Assembly: GCA_964016885.1 (NCBI GenBank)
Contig: OZ024750.1
Span: 54,002,001-54,066,000, forward strand
Reading direction: 5' to 3'
DNA: 64,000 nt
From: Eledone cirrhosa
Taxonomy: Eukaryota
Positions 37,350-49,285 of this stretch are shown here, in pieces. Both the position numbers and the translations under genes were made by a program. The first letter of the stretch is position 1, and each line of letters opens with the position of its first letter. The notes beneath the pieces were generated by a model that worked only from the letters and a program-made list of their open reading frames with translations, was not told the DNA's origin and made no database searches.

Positions 37350-38110
37350 ATTTTCATGCTGGTTTTCCCATGCTTGCATGGGTTACCCAAGTCTTCTCTA
37401 GTATGGAATCTCTTTTCTTTGTCATCTCCTAAGATAACCATTCACTGTTTCTGCCCACATCCTTCTTGGCCTGTCACATCATTATTTTTTCTATGAACTT
37501 CTGGTACTTCTTCACCCAATAGTCAGCATTATCAGTCCACTTCTGGTACTTCTTCACCCAATAGTCAGCATTATCAGTCCACTTCTAGTACTTCTTCACC
37601 CAATAGCCAGCATTATCAGTCTACTTCTGGTACTTTTTCACCCAATAGTCAGCATTAAGTGTCCATAACAGTACAATCTCCTCTCTTGTACACTACATCT
37701 TTATTCTGAGTAAGTGACTCATCTGTAATTCATATTTTATTCACACTAATATTACATGTCTATAGCAGTCCAATCTATTGCACACTACATCTGCTTATAC
37801 CTAATTTCTCTCTCAACTCATCTGTACTTCATCATTTATATACACTAACTTTAGATATCCAACAGAGCATGTTAGATTCATTTCTTTCTAGTGTTTGCAT
37901 ATCCTCTTCATTGAATGCTAATATCTCACTACTACGCAACATATCCTCTGCATTGAATGCTAATATCTCACTACTACGCAACATATCCTCTGCATTGAAT
38001 GCTAATATCTCACTACTACGCAACTTATCCTCTGCATTGAATGCTAATACCTCACTACTACGCAACATATCCTCTGCATTGAATGCTAATATCTCACTAC
38101 TACGCACTTC
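37350..38110 (-). mobile_element. Old RTE fragment containing two different 42-bp minisatellites (37497-37656 and 37899-38107)
   Basis: LERNESNMLCWI motif; repeat unit translates MLRSSEILAFNAED; second unit ACTTCTGGTACTTCTTCACCCAATAGTCAGCATTATCAGTCC. Confidence 0.8.
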
Positions 38111-38395
38111 AGTACATATTTGGTCTGTGAAGACCTGTTCAACAGGGAAAGTTGACATTACATGATGATAATGATTGTTTAAAAAAGTTGTGCTGAAAGT
38201 TTCATTTCAGTTTTATTATTAGTCAGGTAACTAATCTATTCTTTGATTAGTTTAGTATTGCTGAAACTACAACAGTTCAGTCGCTGTCCCCCTGTCAACA
38301 CATCTCCAGAAACAATGTACACAGAATCCTTTTCCCTGAATGTCTCCTTATTTTTCTCTTTTCATTGTGTCATTTTTCTCTCTATGTCTTTGTAG

Positions 38396-38480
38396 AATTA
38401 AGTGGCCGTGAAGAAATGGTTGGTGCCATTTGGAAAGCGACATTTCATTATGATTACAATGAACTTGAAGAACTTGGCAG
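38396..38480 (+). CDS. KALRN/TRIO: Trio/Kalirin-like exon: start of kinase domain
   Basis: Long polypyrimidine tract, TAG|AA...AG|GTTGGT; ELSGREEMVGAIWKATFHYDYNELEELGR; phases 1/2 fit. Confidence 0.9.
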
Positions 38481-39608
38481 GTTGGTATTGATAACATTTA
38501 GTAGAACAATACACAATGATTGATATCATGTATGTAGCTTGATATATATATATATAATTTGTTTTGAATTTGTTTTGCAAGATTTCTTATCTGAAAACAT
38601 GTGTTGAAACATATATTGTTATACTTTGGGAGGGTCATGTTGCCAATAAAAGCACACACACCTGTTGGTTTTCACTTCAATTTACTATAAATTTCTGGTT
38701 GGCTGGTTGGTTGGTTCGTTTGATAACCGGAAGGTTGTTCATATATTGTCAAAGCTCTTTCGTCACACATTCTGTGACCTCCTCAGTGACTAGGTTTTTA
38801 TTTTGTGTCTCTCCTTTGTTCTGTCCTACACCATCTTGTTTTTGTGTGCTTGGTTTGTGCATGCGTTACACCCGGAGGTGTGTGTGTTTTTATTTATTTA
38901 TTTATGTGTTTATTTACTTGTCACAAGTTGGTTGTTTGTTCTATCTGTGTGTGTCTGATTTGCTTTGTTAGTTTAGTTTTTGTGTGTGTCTGTATGTCTT
39001 CATTTCATCCTTAATTACTAGTTGTGATGTTGCTATTCCACTCATGTTTTCTGTTTAATTTTGGTTGGAGTTCGTTTATATTTATTGCCTCTGTGATTTG
39101 TCTGAGCATTGCATCTTTTTTGTGCGTGGATATAATTTTTATCACTATGTTCCCTAATGTTATTTATCATACGCATTTCTGTGACACCAGTGTGGAGCTG
39201 TGAGGCAATTATTACAACAACAACCAGCACCAGTGTGAGGGAAAACTTAAAAAGAATTTTTCTTTTTCAAACTGGACTTTGGCAGTTTCGACCCCTACCA
39301 GTGGTACTGCTGGTCGACCCAGGGTCTGACACAGGCCAAAGCACTGTCTGTGGAGTAAGAGACAATACAATAACTTACAGTAATTAAACTATAACAAGTT
39401 CACATAGAATTTTATGGAATAAGGTATTGTGATTTTCATAGCACAAAATTTAATGAGACTGAAACAAAGGAAAGAAAAGAAGGAAAAACGGCAAGCAGAA
39501 GAAAGATATTGTGTTAAAAAATGTAAACCATTGAAATTATTGGGGGCAGGGGAAGAAAAGAGTACATGTTCGTCACAGATTAGTAATAATAAACTTAGGA
39601 AAACTATA

Positions 39609-39970
39609 TACAGTGTACCCCCAGCGTTCACAGTTCCGGTTATTCGCGGAATTTTCCTTAGGACCTAACTAATAGTTGTTAGTGGCAACCACTGCATATT
39701 TGTGGAATCGTAAACATCTTCCGGTATCTTTTTTAAGGCTTTTTTGGGGGACAATATATATTTTTTTAATGCTAAATTATTAACAACAATATACCGTATT
39801 TGCTGGCCTATTGGAAGCCCCTTCGCATAAGATGGTCCCTCATTTTTATTATATTTTATGCTGTATTTTGACATTTATAGGCATTTTTATGGACCACGTC
39901 CAATATTCCCATTATTTCACTCTTTGCGGCTGCTCTAGGAATGTAACTCCTGCGAATACCAAGGGACAAC

Positions 39971-39972
<2 letters not shown>
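39609..39972. mobile_element. Tc1/mariner (Tigger/pogo-like) MITE whose right end recurs repeatedly downstream to ~42380
   Basis: Left end TACAGTGTACCCCC; right end GCGAATACC..GGGACAACTGT; the right end reappears a dozen or so times separated by (TA)n. Confidence 0.6.
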
Positions 39973-40002
<30 letters not shown>

Positions 40003-40023
40003 CTGCGAATACCGGGGGACAAC

Positions 40024-40064
<41 letters not shown>

Positions 40065-40084
40065 TGCGAATACCGGGGGACAAC

Positions 40085-40126
<42 letters not shown>

Positions 40127-40571
40127 CGGGAGAGATGACCCCTTAGCCTTTGTCAAGGCAGAATTCTAGGAGAAGGAAAACTCTGATATAACACCTGCAA
40201 CTCTGATGGTATCCAATGATGTTGACTTGTTCTTCTTTTTGGTAAATATCATCTTGGTTAAGAGAGTGGGACTGGCTTTGTGCAGTGCCTTTGCTCACTA
40301 TAAAAGCTTCACAGCACAGGCATTGCTTTATATCTGGAGATCTCTCTGCACTTGTCATCACATGGTACCATGGGCCCTGCACTATGTGTCAATAATGGTC
40401 ACAAGTGTAGTCTTTGTGCCAGAGTTTTCAAGTCGCTGGCTGGACTAAAGTCACATTCGTTCAGCGCATCGGTAGGGGTTCTCCTACATGGATATAAAGT
40501 AGTGGCCGTACTCGAAAACGAGTTGGCAGCCACCATATATATATATATATACTGCGAATACTGGGGGACCA

Positions 40572-40607
<36 letters not shown>

Positions 40608-40706
40608 TGCGAATACCGGGGGACAACTGTGTATATATATATATATATATATACTGCAAATACCGGGGGACAACTGTGTATATATATATACACAGTTGTC
40701 CCTCCA

Positions 40707-41156
40707 TCAACAGCAGAGCAGAAACGACGATAAGTACACACCACTTAAAAATATCCTACTCCAGATGGAATAAGAATGGGGAGTAAAAGCCGTAAACCGG
40801 GTCGCCCTGCACCAAATTTTAACACCCCGGCGGGCAGGCGCAGCAAACAAACATCTGGAAAATAACGTTGCATACCTGACCCTGTGCGTATCGGCAATGG
40901 TAAAGCTGCAACTACAAAGTAATGACGGATAAAAAGTCACCTGGAGAATTGCTGCTCTAACACCGGTTAGAGTTATCTCCCTTGACCTACTGCAAAATCA
41001 AACGTGTTTTGTTAAAACCCAATCCTTTTCATGTAAGGAACGTTTTTTAGTTTTTTATGCCCTTGAGAAGCCCTTACGGGCGAAACGTACGTAGGTGCTA
41101 TTTTAAATAAACATGTTTTAACAGTTTGTTCTCCTTTATATATTTCTCCACGTGTA
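40707..41156 (+). mobile_element. Penelope-like 3' end with variant hammerhead motif; diverged inverted copy at ~41805-42274
   Basis: Reverse-complement homology over ~450 bp; ORF end INSRAETTISTH / LNSRAETVISCTH; hammerhead-like motif followed by AATAAA. Confidence 0.65.
41059..41098 (+). ncRNA. Hammerhead-like motif with U3-A8 core variant (second copy on - strand at 41862-41901)
   Basis: GCCC-TTGAGAA-GCCC ttac GGGC-GAAA-CGTACG-TA-GGTGC; helix I is short and bulged. Confidence 0.65.
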
Positions 41157-41352
41157 TCCGCTCTGCTGATTTTCTCGCCCACTAAATGTTAACACTTCTA
41201 ATATTTAATACTGCAGGCACCGACATTGAGCACCCTTTGCATATGCTATTGGCAAATAACTACATGTATTGCCTATTTCTTCTTCTTCTCTCTCTCGATA
41301 CTTAATTACTCTCTCTATATATATATACTGCAAATACCGGGGGACAACTGTA

Positions 41353-41383
<31 letters not shown>

Positions 41384-43459
41384 CATCATCATCATCATTT
41401 CATTTTACGTCCGCTTTTCCCTGCTTGCAAGGGTGTGACGGGAACTGATTCTGGCTTGATTTCTACAGCTGGATGCCCTTCCTAACACCAACCTCATATA
41501 CAGTGAGTGCTGGGTGCTTTTTTTTTTGCCGTGGCACCTCCACGACCACTTTGCAGTGGAATGATAGGGACCCCAGTCCCTATCATCTCATTTCTACAGC
41601 TGAGTAAACTGGAGCAATGTGAAATAAAGTGTCTTGTTCAAGGAAACAACACATCACCCAGTCTCAGAATTGAACTCGCAACCTTTCGATTGCAAGGCCA
41701 ATTGTAAAGCCATGTGCCTCTATATATATATATACTGCGAATACCAGAGGACAACTGTGTGTATATATAAATACTGGGGGACAACTGTGTATATATACAT
41801 ATATATACGTGGAGAAGTATATAAAGGAGAACAAACCGTTAAAACATGTTTATTTAAAACAGCACCTACGTACGTTTCGTCCGAAAGGGCTTCTCAAGGG
41901 CATAAAAAACTAAAGAGTGTTCCTTACGTGACCCAGAAGGGGTTTTAAAGATAAGTTCACATCACAGTTCATTCTTCGTAAAAAACGTATTGATTTTGCA
42001 GTAGATCAAGGGAGATAACTCTAGCCGGTGTTAGAGCAGTGTTCCCCAGGCTATTTGTATTTTGTAGTTACTGCTTTACCATTGTCGATTCACGCCGGGT
42101 CTGGGATGCATGGTTAGTTTCCAGATGTTTTTTGCAGCGTCTGCCCGCCGGGGTGTTAAGGTTTGGTGCAGGGTGACCCGGTTTACGGTTTTCACGCCTC
42201 ATTCTTATTCCATCCGGAGTAAAAGATTTTTAAGCAGTGCGTGCAGCTTATCACTGTTTCTGCTCTGCTGTTGAGCTCATGGAGTGCAGTTATGATATGG
42301 TAAATACTGCAAATACTGGGGGAACAACTGTGTATATATATATATATATATATACTGGAAATACTGGGGGGACAACTGTTTAAATATACATATATATATA
42401 TATATATATAAAAGAAATGTCAACAAGGAAAAACAACACCGGTGAACTATACAATACAATGATGGTATATATTAGTTTAACACTTTATATAGTAGGAAAA
42501 GAGTCTTAATGTTTGATGTTAGGGTGAGAGAGAGGAAATGAGAAGAAAAAAAAAGGAAGAAAATAGAGAATGGTTAGACTGGAGGAAAGCTTGTGTTGTA
42601 GTTAGCCATTTTGATGTTGATGTAGCGTACTGGGTTACCATTACAGTTAAATACACAATATTTGATATCATTTGTATTGTTGTTATTGTGTTATGGCTCA
42701 CATCTATGTAACTTTAGCTGACCTCCTATAAGGTGTTATTTCAAAAGAGATTCAGTCCTATCAGATTTCATAGAGTCCTATCATGTCACAATTTTTCTGG
42801 TAACATAAGACAGGATTATAACTGAAAATACAAACACAACTGAGACAAGTACCACAAAGCTTGACAGAGTTACTCCCATAACTCTGTCAAGCTTAAGGAA
42901 GACATTAAACTAGGTTCTTGTCTTGTACATTAGACTTTTAAATCTATACTGATTCACAATATTTAATCTCTCCTTGATAAGTTCTACACAAAAAACATGA
43001 TTCAGAATTTTTTTTATTAATCTATTTATTTCATTAGTTCGTTGTTTCTAACATAAAATATTGTTTGGCAAGTAAGTTGATCTTGAAATTAATTGTTTCT
43101 ACTTTTGGCACAAGGCCAGCAATTATCCAGTGCATTACTGGTACTTTATTTTATCAACCCCGTAAAGATGAAAGGCAAAATTAACCTCGGCGAGATTTGA
43201 ACTCAGAATGGCAAGGACCGTAACTCTATGCGTCAAAGTATGGCATACAATCCACCGCCCTTGTTGATCTTGAAATTAATGAACTGCAATAGAATTGTCA
43301 GTGACCACATCACAAATATTATAAAGCAGGAAATAAATGTAAAGTAAATTTAACATTTTTTTTTTGTTGTTGTTTTTTTAATGGCTAAAATGACTTTTCC
43401 ACAAGTAACATGAAATATGTTTTCCCTCAAATTCCTGTTGCTTGTTTCCCTATTTTCAG

Positions 43460-43660
43460 AGGTCGATTTGCTGTGGTGAAAAGATGTGTCCAGAAATGCT
43501 CAGGACAGGAGCTAGCTGCCAAATGTATCAACCGCAAGCACTTATCCAAGGAAGCTATTGAAACAGAGTTTAACACATTACAAAGCCTCTTCCACACACA
43601 TTTAGTCAAAGTGTTTGATTTATATGAGACGAAAACAAATTATATCTTGTTAATGGAGAT
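43460..43660 (+). CDS. KALRN/TRIO: Trio/Kalirin-like exon: kinase subdomains I-V
   Basis: CAG|A GGT CGA TTT...AT|GTAAGG; GRFAVVKRCVQKCSGQELAAKCIN...LVKVFDLYETKTNYILLME. Confidence 0.96.
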
Positions 43661-43768
43661 GTAAGGCTGTTTATTACTATTTTAATAGTTTACCTTTTAT
43701 TGTCCTCCCCAATTCTTTTTGTGTGTATAAAATAGTAATAGTGAATGAATAATATATATATATATATA

Positions 43769-44158
43769 TATATTAATAAGAGGAATTCCAACTTTGTCTG
43801 ATTTACTCGTTTTATTTACAATCCTTTAAAATTTATAATGGTATTATAATGAAATAGTATGGTAGAATATTAAATGTTAAGCGTTAATTGAACAAGTACT
43901 TTCATGCTTTCGCAATCTTCAGGTTCATAATGTGTGGTGACAGTCTGTTTGCAATTTTCAACTGTTGAAAATTGCAAACTTGACTGTCACCACACATTAT
44001 GAACCTGAAGATTGCGAAAGCATGAAAGTACTTGTTCAATTAACACTTAACATTTAATATTCTACCATACTATTTCATTATAATACCATTATAAATTTTA
44101 AAGGATTGTAAATAAAACGAGTAAATCAGACAAAGTTGGAATTCCTCTTATTAATATA
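43769..44158. repeat. 390-bp near-perfect palindrome with a hammerhead motif in each arm
   Basis: Arms of ~194 bp centred on 43963; one substitution and one small mismatch/indel seen. Confidence 0.95.
44000..44038 (+). ncRNA. Minimal type I hammerhead motif (mirror copy on - strand at 43889-43927)
   Basis: TGAAC-CTGAAGA-T TGC gaaa GCA T-GAAA-GTAC-TT-GTTCA; CUU triplet. Confidence 0.75.
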
Positions 44159-44236
44159 ATCTTCTCTACACAATCATACACACCCGTGTATATTTATCTA
44201 TCTATATATATATATGTATATATATATGTGTGTGTT

Positions 44237-44728
44237 CATCATCATCATCATCATCATTATCATTTTACGTCCGCTTTTCCCTGCTTGCAAGGCTGGCACA
44301 GGTCTTATTAAGCATGGCATCTCTCCATTCATCACAGTCCTTTGTCATCTCCTCCATGAGCTTCAGCAATCTGAGATCTACTCTCACCACCTCCGCCCAT
44401 GTTTTTCGTGGTCTTCCTTGATGGCGTCTTCCTTCTATTGGGATTTCTTGGCACTACTTTACCCAGCGGTCATCCTCCATGCGCATCACATGTCCATACC
44501 ACTGCAGTCTTCTCTCCTGCACGCTACAGCCTATCCCTCTTATACACAGTTTCTCTCTCAACACATCTATGTTTGGTCGTTCACGCACATTGACATTGCA
44601 CATCCAACAGGGCATGGTTGCTTCATTTCTCTCCGGCCTTCACATATCCTCTGCAGTTGCTGCCCATGTTTCACTACCATGCAGCATCACGCATCTCACA
44701 CAGGCATCATATAACTGGCCTTTCGTTC
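44237..44728 (-). mobile_element. RTE LINE 3' fragment, same family as 10101-11526
   Basis: Reverse complement closely follows ~11050-11526, including the tail. Confidence 0.9.
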
Positions 44729-44803
44729 TAATTCAGAGAAACATATACATATTGAATACCTTATGCAAAGTTACCGGATGGCTAGATTACTAAACCTATA
44801 CAA

Positions 44804-45478
44804 GAAAACTTTCTCGCATCTTTTCAGTTTCAAGAATTGAGAATCTCAATAAATTAAGACAAGCAATACTGGAAGATTCTTTTATCAGAGGATATCTTTT
44901 AAAGTATTTAAAAAATAAATAATGTTCACCTGTTATTAAACGAAGTTTATCCTTACTGATCCAGCGTGGTGTATAAATGTCTGCGTAGATCAACCAAGTA
45001 AATATTTGTATATCACAGACAAAATTGCACTAAAAATAGCTCACATAAAACTCATCTATCAACTCAACAATTAAGGAGTAGCCAATATCATACTGAAGGT
45101 TATTTATCATTAATATATAGAACATCTCAATGAAAACATAGCCAAAATATGTCTAAACAGATCTTCGCAGACATTTATACACCAAGCTGGATCAGTAAGG
45201 ATAAACTCTATTTACTAATAGGTGAATATTATTATTATTATTATTATTTTTCTACTTTCAAAGAAACACTCAGAGGAGTGAATCTTCTTCCAGTATTGTT
45301 TGTCTTATTCAAATAGTCAGTGTTGTTTCTTGATTCTTGAAACTGCAGTCAGAGAAAAGATGTGAGTAAAGTTTTAGAAAATAGGGTGAAGACCTTTAAA
45401 AACAAGAAGAAGAAGTTGCCATTAACAGCCAATGGCAACTACTTTTTCCATCTTTAAGGGTCTTCACCCTATTCTATA
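44804..45478. repeat. Imperfect ~190-bp inverted repeat (44804-44991 / 45160-45374) followed by a ~100-bp hairpin (45379-45474)
   Basis: AGTTTATCCTTACTGATCCAGC.TGGTGTATAAATGTCTGCG versus CGCAGACATTTATACACCA.GCTGGATCAGTAAGGATAAACT; AATAGGGTGAAGACC versus GGTCTTCACCCTATT. Confidence 0.82.
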
Positions 45479-45835
45479 AGCTATATAGCATCTCCATGAA
45501 TGAGCACACCACTCTTTCTATTACTTTTATCCCCTCAGCACTTTGTAGAGGTCCAAGGGATCGGCTATGTATATGTTTGTTATAATAATAATTGTTTCTA
45601 CTTTTGGCACAAGGCCAGCAATTACCCAGTGTATTACTGGTACTTTATTTTATCAACCCCGTAAGGATGAAAGGCAAAGTTAACCTCAGCGGGATTTGAA
45701 CTGAGTCCGTAAAGGGACGTAACTGTGCTGCAAAGCATGGCGTCCGACCCTCTACCGATACTGCCAAATCACCACCCTTGTTATAATACAGTAATAATGT
45801 TTCTGTTTCACACCTGACTGTGTTTTTATTGACAG

Positions 45836-45974
45836 CATTCCATCTGGTCGTTTGTTTGAATTTATCTGTATTCGAGGACATTTCGATGAACTACAAGCTG
45901 CTGAATACGTCCAACAAATGCTGGATGCTATCCAGTATTTACACAACTGCCGGATTGCTCATCTGGACATTAAG
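45836..45974 (+). CDS. KALRN/TRIO: Trio/Kalirin-like exon: kinase subdomains V-VIb
   Basis: CAG|C ATT...AAG|GTTCGT; IPSGRLFEFICIRGHFDELQAAEYVQQMLDAIQYLHNCRIAHLDIK. Confidence 0.96.
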
Positions 45975-46279
45975 GTTCGTTCCTAGATATTATATGTATC
46001 ATCATCATCTTGTTTTTACGCCTGTTTTTCTATATGTCTTGCGGTCCACCTCTCTCACATAGATAGATATGGTCAAACAAAAACACATATACAATTTTCT
46101 CTCTACTTACACATAGACATATATAAACATACATACATACAACTGTTGATGGAAAACCAGCAAAAATGTGGTGGTGATAGACTGACTTTTACCAAGAGGA
46201 AACTCTGTCAGTTCTTCAGCTGTAAGTTAGCCAAAGATCAAACTATCCACAACCAACATATGCTATCAAATATTATTAA

Positions 46280-46492
46280 CCCTTTCATTACCATATTTCC
46301 AATGTAAGACATGGCCTACAATTTTTATATAATAGACTTTGGAAGATTTAATAATATAACTAAATTTCTCATTATTAAGATGGTGTTTGGAACATAACTT
46401 AACAAAAGTTCTTACATAAAATTCTTGTGGAAGGTTTTTAGACAAACAAACAGTTTTGCATCATAGAATCAATTGGGTTGGTAACAAAAGGG
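46280..46492. mobile_element. piggyBac-like MITE
   Basis: TTAA on both sides; ends CCCTTTCATTACC / GGTAACAAAAGGG. Confidence 0.7.
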
Positions 46493-48405
46493 TTAAGATA
46501 CTAATCACTACCTCAGCACTCCCTGCTATTCATCAACACACCCTGTACCTCTATTTTCTTCTTAAACTCTACAAACCTATCATCTTGGTTACCCCATTTA
46601 TTTCAGTCTATAGTTTCCTCTACTGAACTCGTCAGCAACTGATCCAATGATATAAGCCTGGATAATGTAAGACAACTCTCTCTGGTGTGCAGAACCCCAG
46701 AGCATGGCGAGGGGATGCATTGAAATAGCCATTCCAACTCGCAGGGTTCATTCTTGTATGTGGCCAACTCCGCCCAATAGTGGAGCGGGTACAGGAACCA
46801 AAAATGCCAGAGTTCCTAACCACTTCATCTCCAGTTAGTTGATGTCAGCCCTTATCACACCCCTGCCCTTATAGATCAAGGATACCAACAATTTCTGTTA
46901 ACCTTCTCAACTCCCTTTTCTTCTCTCCTAGATCCTCACAAATTCTATTCTCCATGGATATAAAATCTGTTTACACTGCCATCTCTACAACGAAAACTTC
47001 CTTTTATCTCTTCTATTGAACCCAGCACCTTCCCGCTTAACTAAACTAGTTCTTCACCTTCAGTGAATTCTATCAATAAACTACCAGATAACTGGGGACC
47101 AAGTAGGGTCTTAGTCATACTAACTTCTTTGTTGGTCATATCAAGGATCTTTTCCCAATGCACCAGGCCTACCTCTTAACTATGCAGTTATTACATCAAT
47201 ATTCAATGTTTTAACTTCAACATAATTATCATCATTTTATAATCACTTTCTATATTGATGTGAGTTGGATTGTCAAAGTCCAAGGATAAATGGGACAGAT
47301 TTCGACATTTCTACAGTTGGATGTCGTTTCTAATGACAACTACTTTACAGTGTGTACTGAGTGTTTGTTTCTTTTTTTGTTTTGTTTTGTGGAACCAGCA
47401 TTACCACTTTACTGAGGGTTCTGGGTGTATTTTATCATGGCATGAGAAAGAGTTGTTAAGTTAGTGCTGACATATTTAATGTAAGAAGTATTAAAATGTT
47501 AGCTAGAAATAATTACAGGCTAAGGAAAAAAAAACAATGTTTAATTTTTTTTTCAACAGATACAAGAGTTGTCTCCCATATTTGCTAACATAATTTATTT
47601 ATGTTAAAACTCTTTACACATATATTCCCATGCCAGCACAAAAAGCTGATGTAGATAATGATATATTTACACATTCACTAAAGGTTGATTCATTTGGACA
47701 GTCTGGTATTATGCATGTATGAGTAATCGTAATATATGTGATGTTGTATGTGTGTGTTTTCATATACTAGACACCACAAATGTTCTTACTTCATTGCAGC
47801 TTAGAAATATGATGGTTCATTGTGGTGTGTGTGTATACAGATGTTGGATGTTTCTAATATTTTAGCTGTTTAAGGCTGTTGGTCATGTGGGGATTATCAA
47901 TAAAATGTTCAATCTCTCTTTTTCATACAGTGGCATGTAAAATTTTGATGCCTGGGAGCAACTCCTTGATTGTATGTTCCAAAGACCATAGGGCCTTGTG
48001 CAATGTGGGCAACAAAGACATTTTAAATATATAAAAAACAAATAAAACATAAAATAAACATTTCATTCCAATTACTTTTAGATCAACTACATTTATTAAG
48101 TTTGGTTCCCAAAATGAGATCTGTCAGATATTATTGTCACACATTATTGTCTAGGTTTGTTCAAGTATAAGCATCAATTTTCAAATTAGTAAATTTCTCA
48201 GCTTTCTGATCTGTGTGGACAACTGGGTGCAGATTTTGAATATGTAGCCATATTGAATGGAGAGTCTTGCATGACTCTTTGTTTGGATATTGGATACCCC
48301 CTCCTCTTACCCCAGGGCTGTCACACACTCTGCCCGCCTTTCTGCATATCACTGCACACACATATCACATGAAGAATTGTTTTTTTCTGTCTGTCTATAT
48401 TTCAG

Positions 48406-48578
48406 CCTGAAAACATTGTAGTTGACTGTGGCCTAAATTCTGGTGTCAAACTAATAGACTTTGGTGATGCTCGTCACATCTACAACAACTACTATATTCA
48501 CCCTGTGGTAGGTAACCCAGAGTTTATGGCACCTGAGCTGGTCAGTGGAACTCCAGTAGGGTTACTTACAGATATCTG
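48406..48578 (+). CDS. KALRN/TRIO: Trio/Kalirin-like exon: kinase subdomains VIb-IX
   Basis: CAG|CCT GAA AAC...TG|GTAAGA; PENIVVDCGLNSGVKLIDFGDARHIYNNYYIHPVVGNPEFMAPELVSGTPVGLLTDIW. Confidence 0.97.
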
Positions 48579-48708
48579 GTAAGATCTTTTTTATAATTCT
48601 TAATTTGTCAGTAAAATATGTTAGTATTTCTTGCTTTACTTCTTTCTTTGAAAAGACTATTAGATCTAATAACAATAATTATTATATAACGTTAGGCAAA
48701 TCATCCAT

Positions 48709-49285
48709 CGTAGATGTGGTATCTTGTGGTTGGTGCAGGAACCAAGTTAAATACTTCGTAGATGTGGTATCTTGTGGTTGGTGCAGGAACCAAGTTAAAT
48801 ACTTCGTAGATGTGGTATCTTGTGGTTGGTGCAGGAACCGAGTTAAATACTTCGTAGATGTGGTATCTTGTGGTTGGTGCAGGAACCGAGTTAAATACAT
48901 CGTAGATGTGGTATCTTGTGGTTGGTGCAGGAACCGAGTTAAATACATCGTAGATGTGGTATCTTGTGGTTGGTGCAGGAACCGAGTTAAATACATCGTA
49001 GATGTGGTATCTTGTGGTTGGTGCAGGAACCGAGTTAAATACTTCGTAGATGTGGTATCTTGTGGTTGGTGCAGGAACCGAGTTAAATACTTCGTAGATG
49101 TGGTATCTTGTGGTTGGTGCAGGAACCGAGTTAAATACATCGTAGATGTGGTATCTTGTGGTTGGTGCAGGAACCAAGTTAAATACTTCGTAGATGTGGT
49201 ATCTTGTGGTTGGTGCAGGAACCGAGTTAAATACTTCGTAGATGTGGTATCTTGTGGTTGGTGCAGGAACCAAGTTAAATACTTC
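48709..49285. repeat. 48-bp minisatellite, 12 copies
   Basis: CGTAGATGTGGTATCTTGTGGTTGGTGCAGGAACC[A/G]AGTTAAATAC[T/A]T. Confidence 0.97.
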
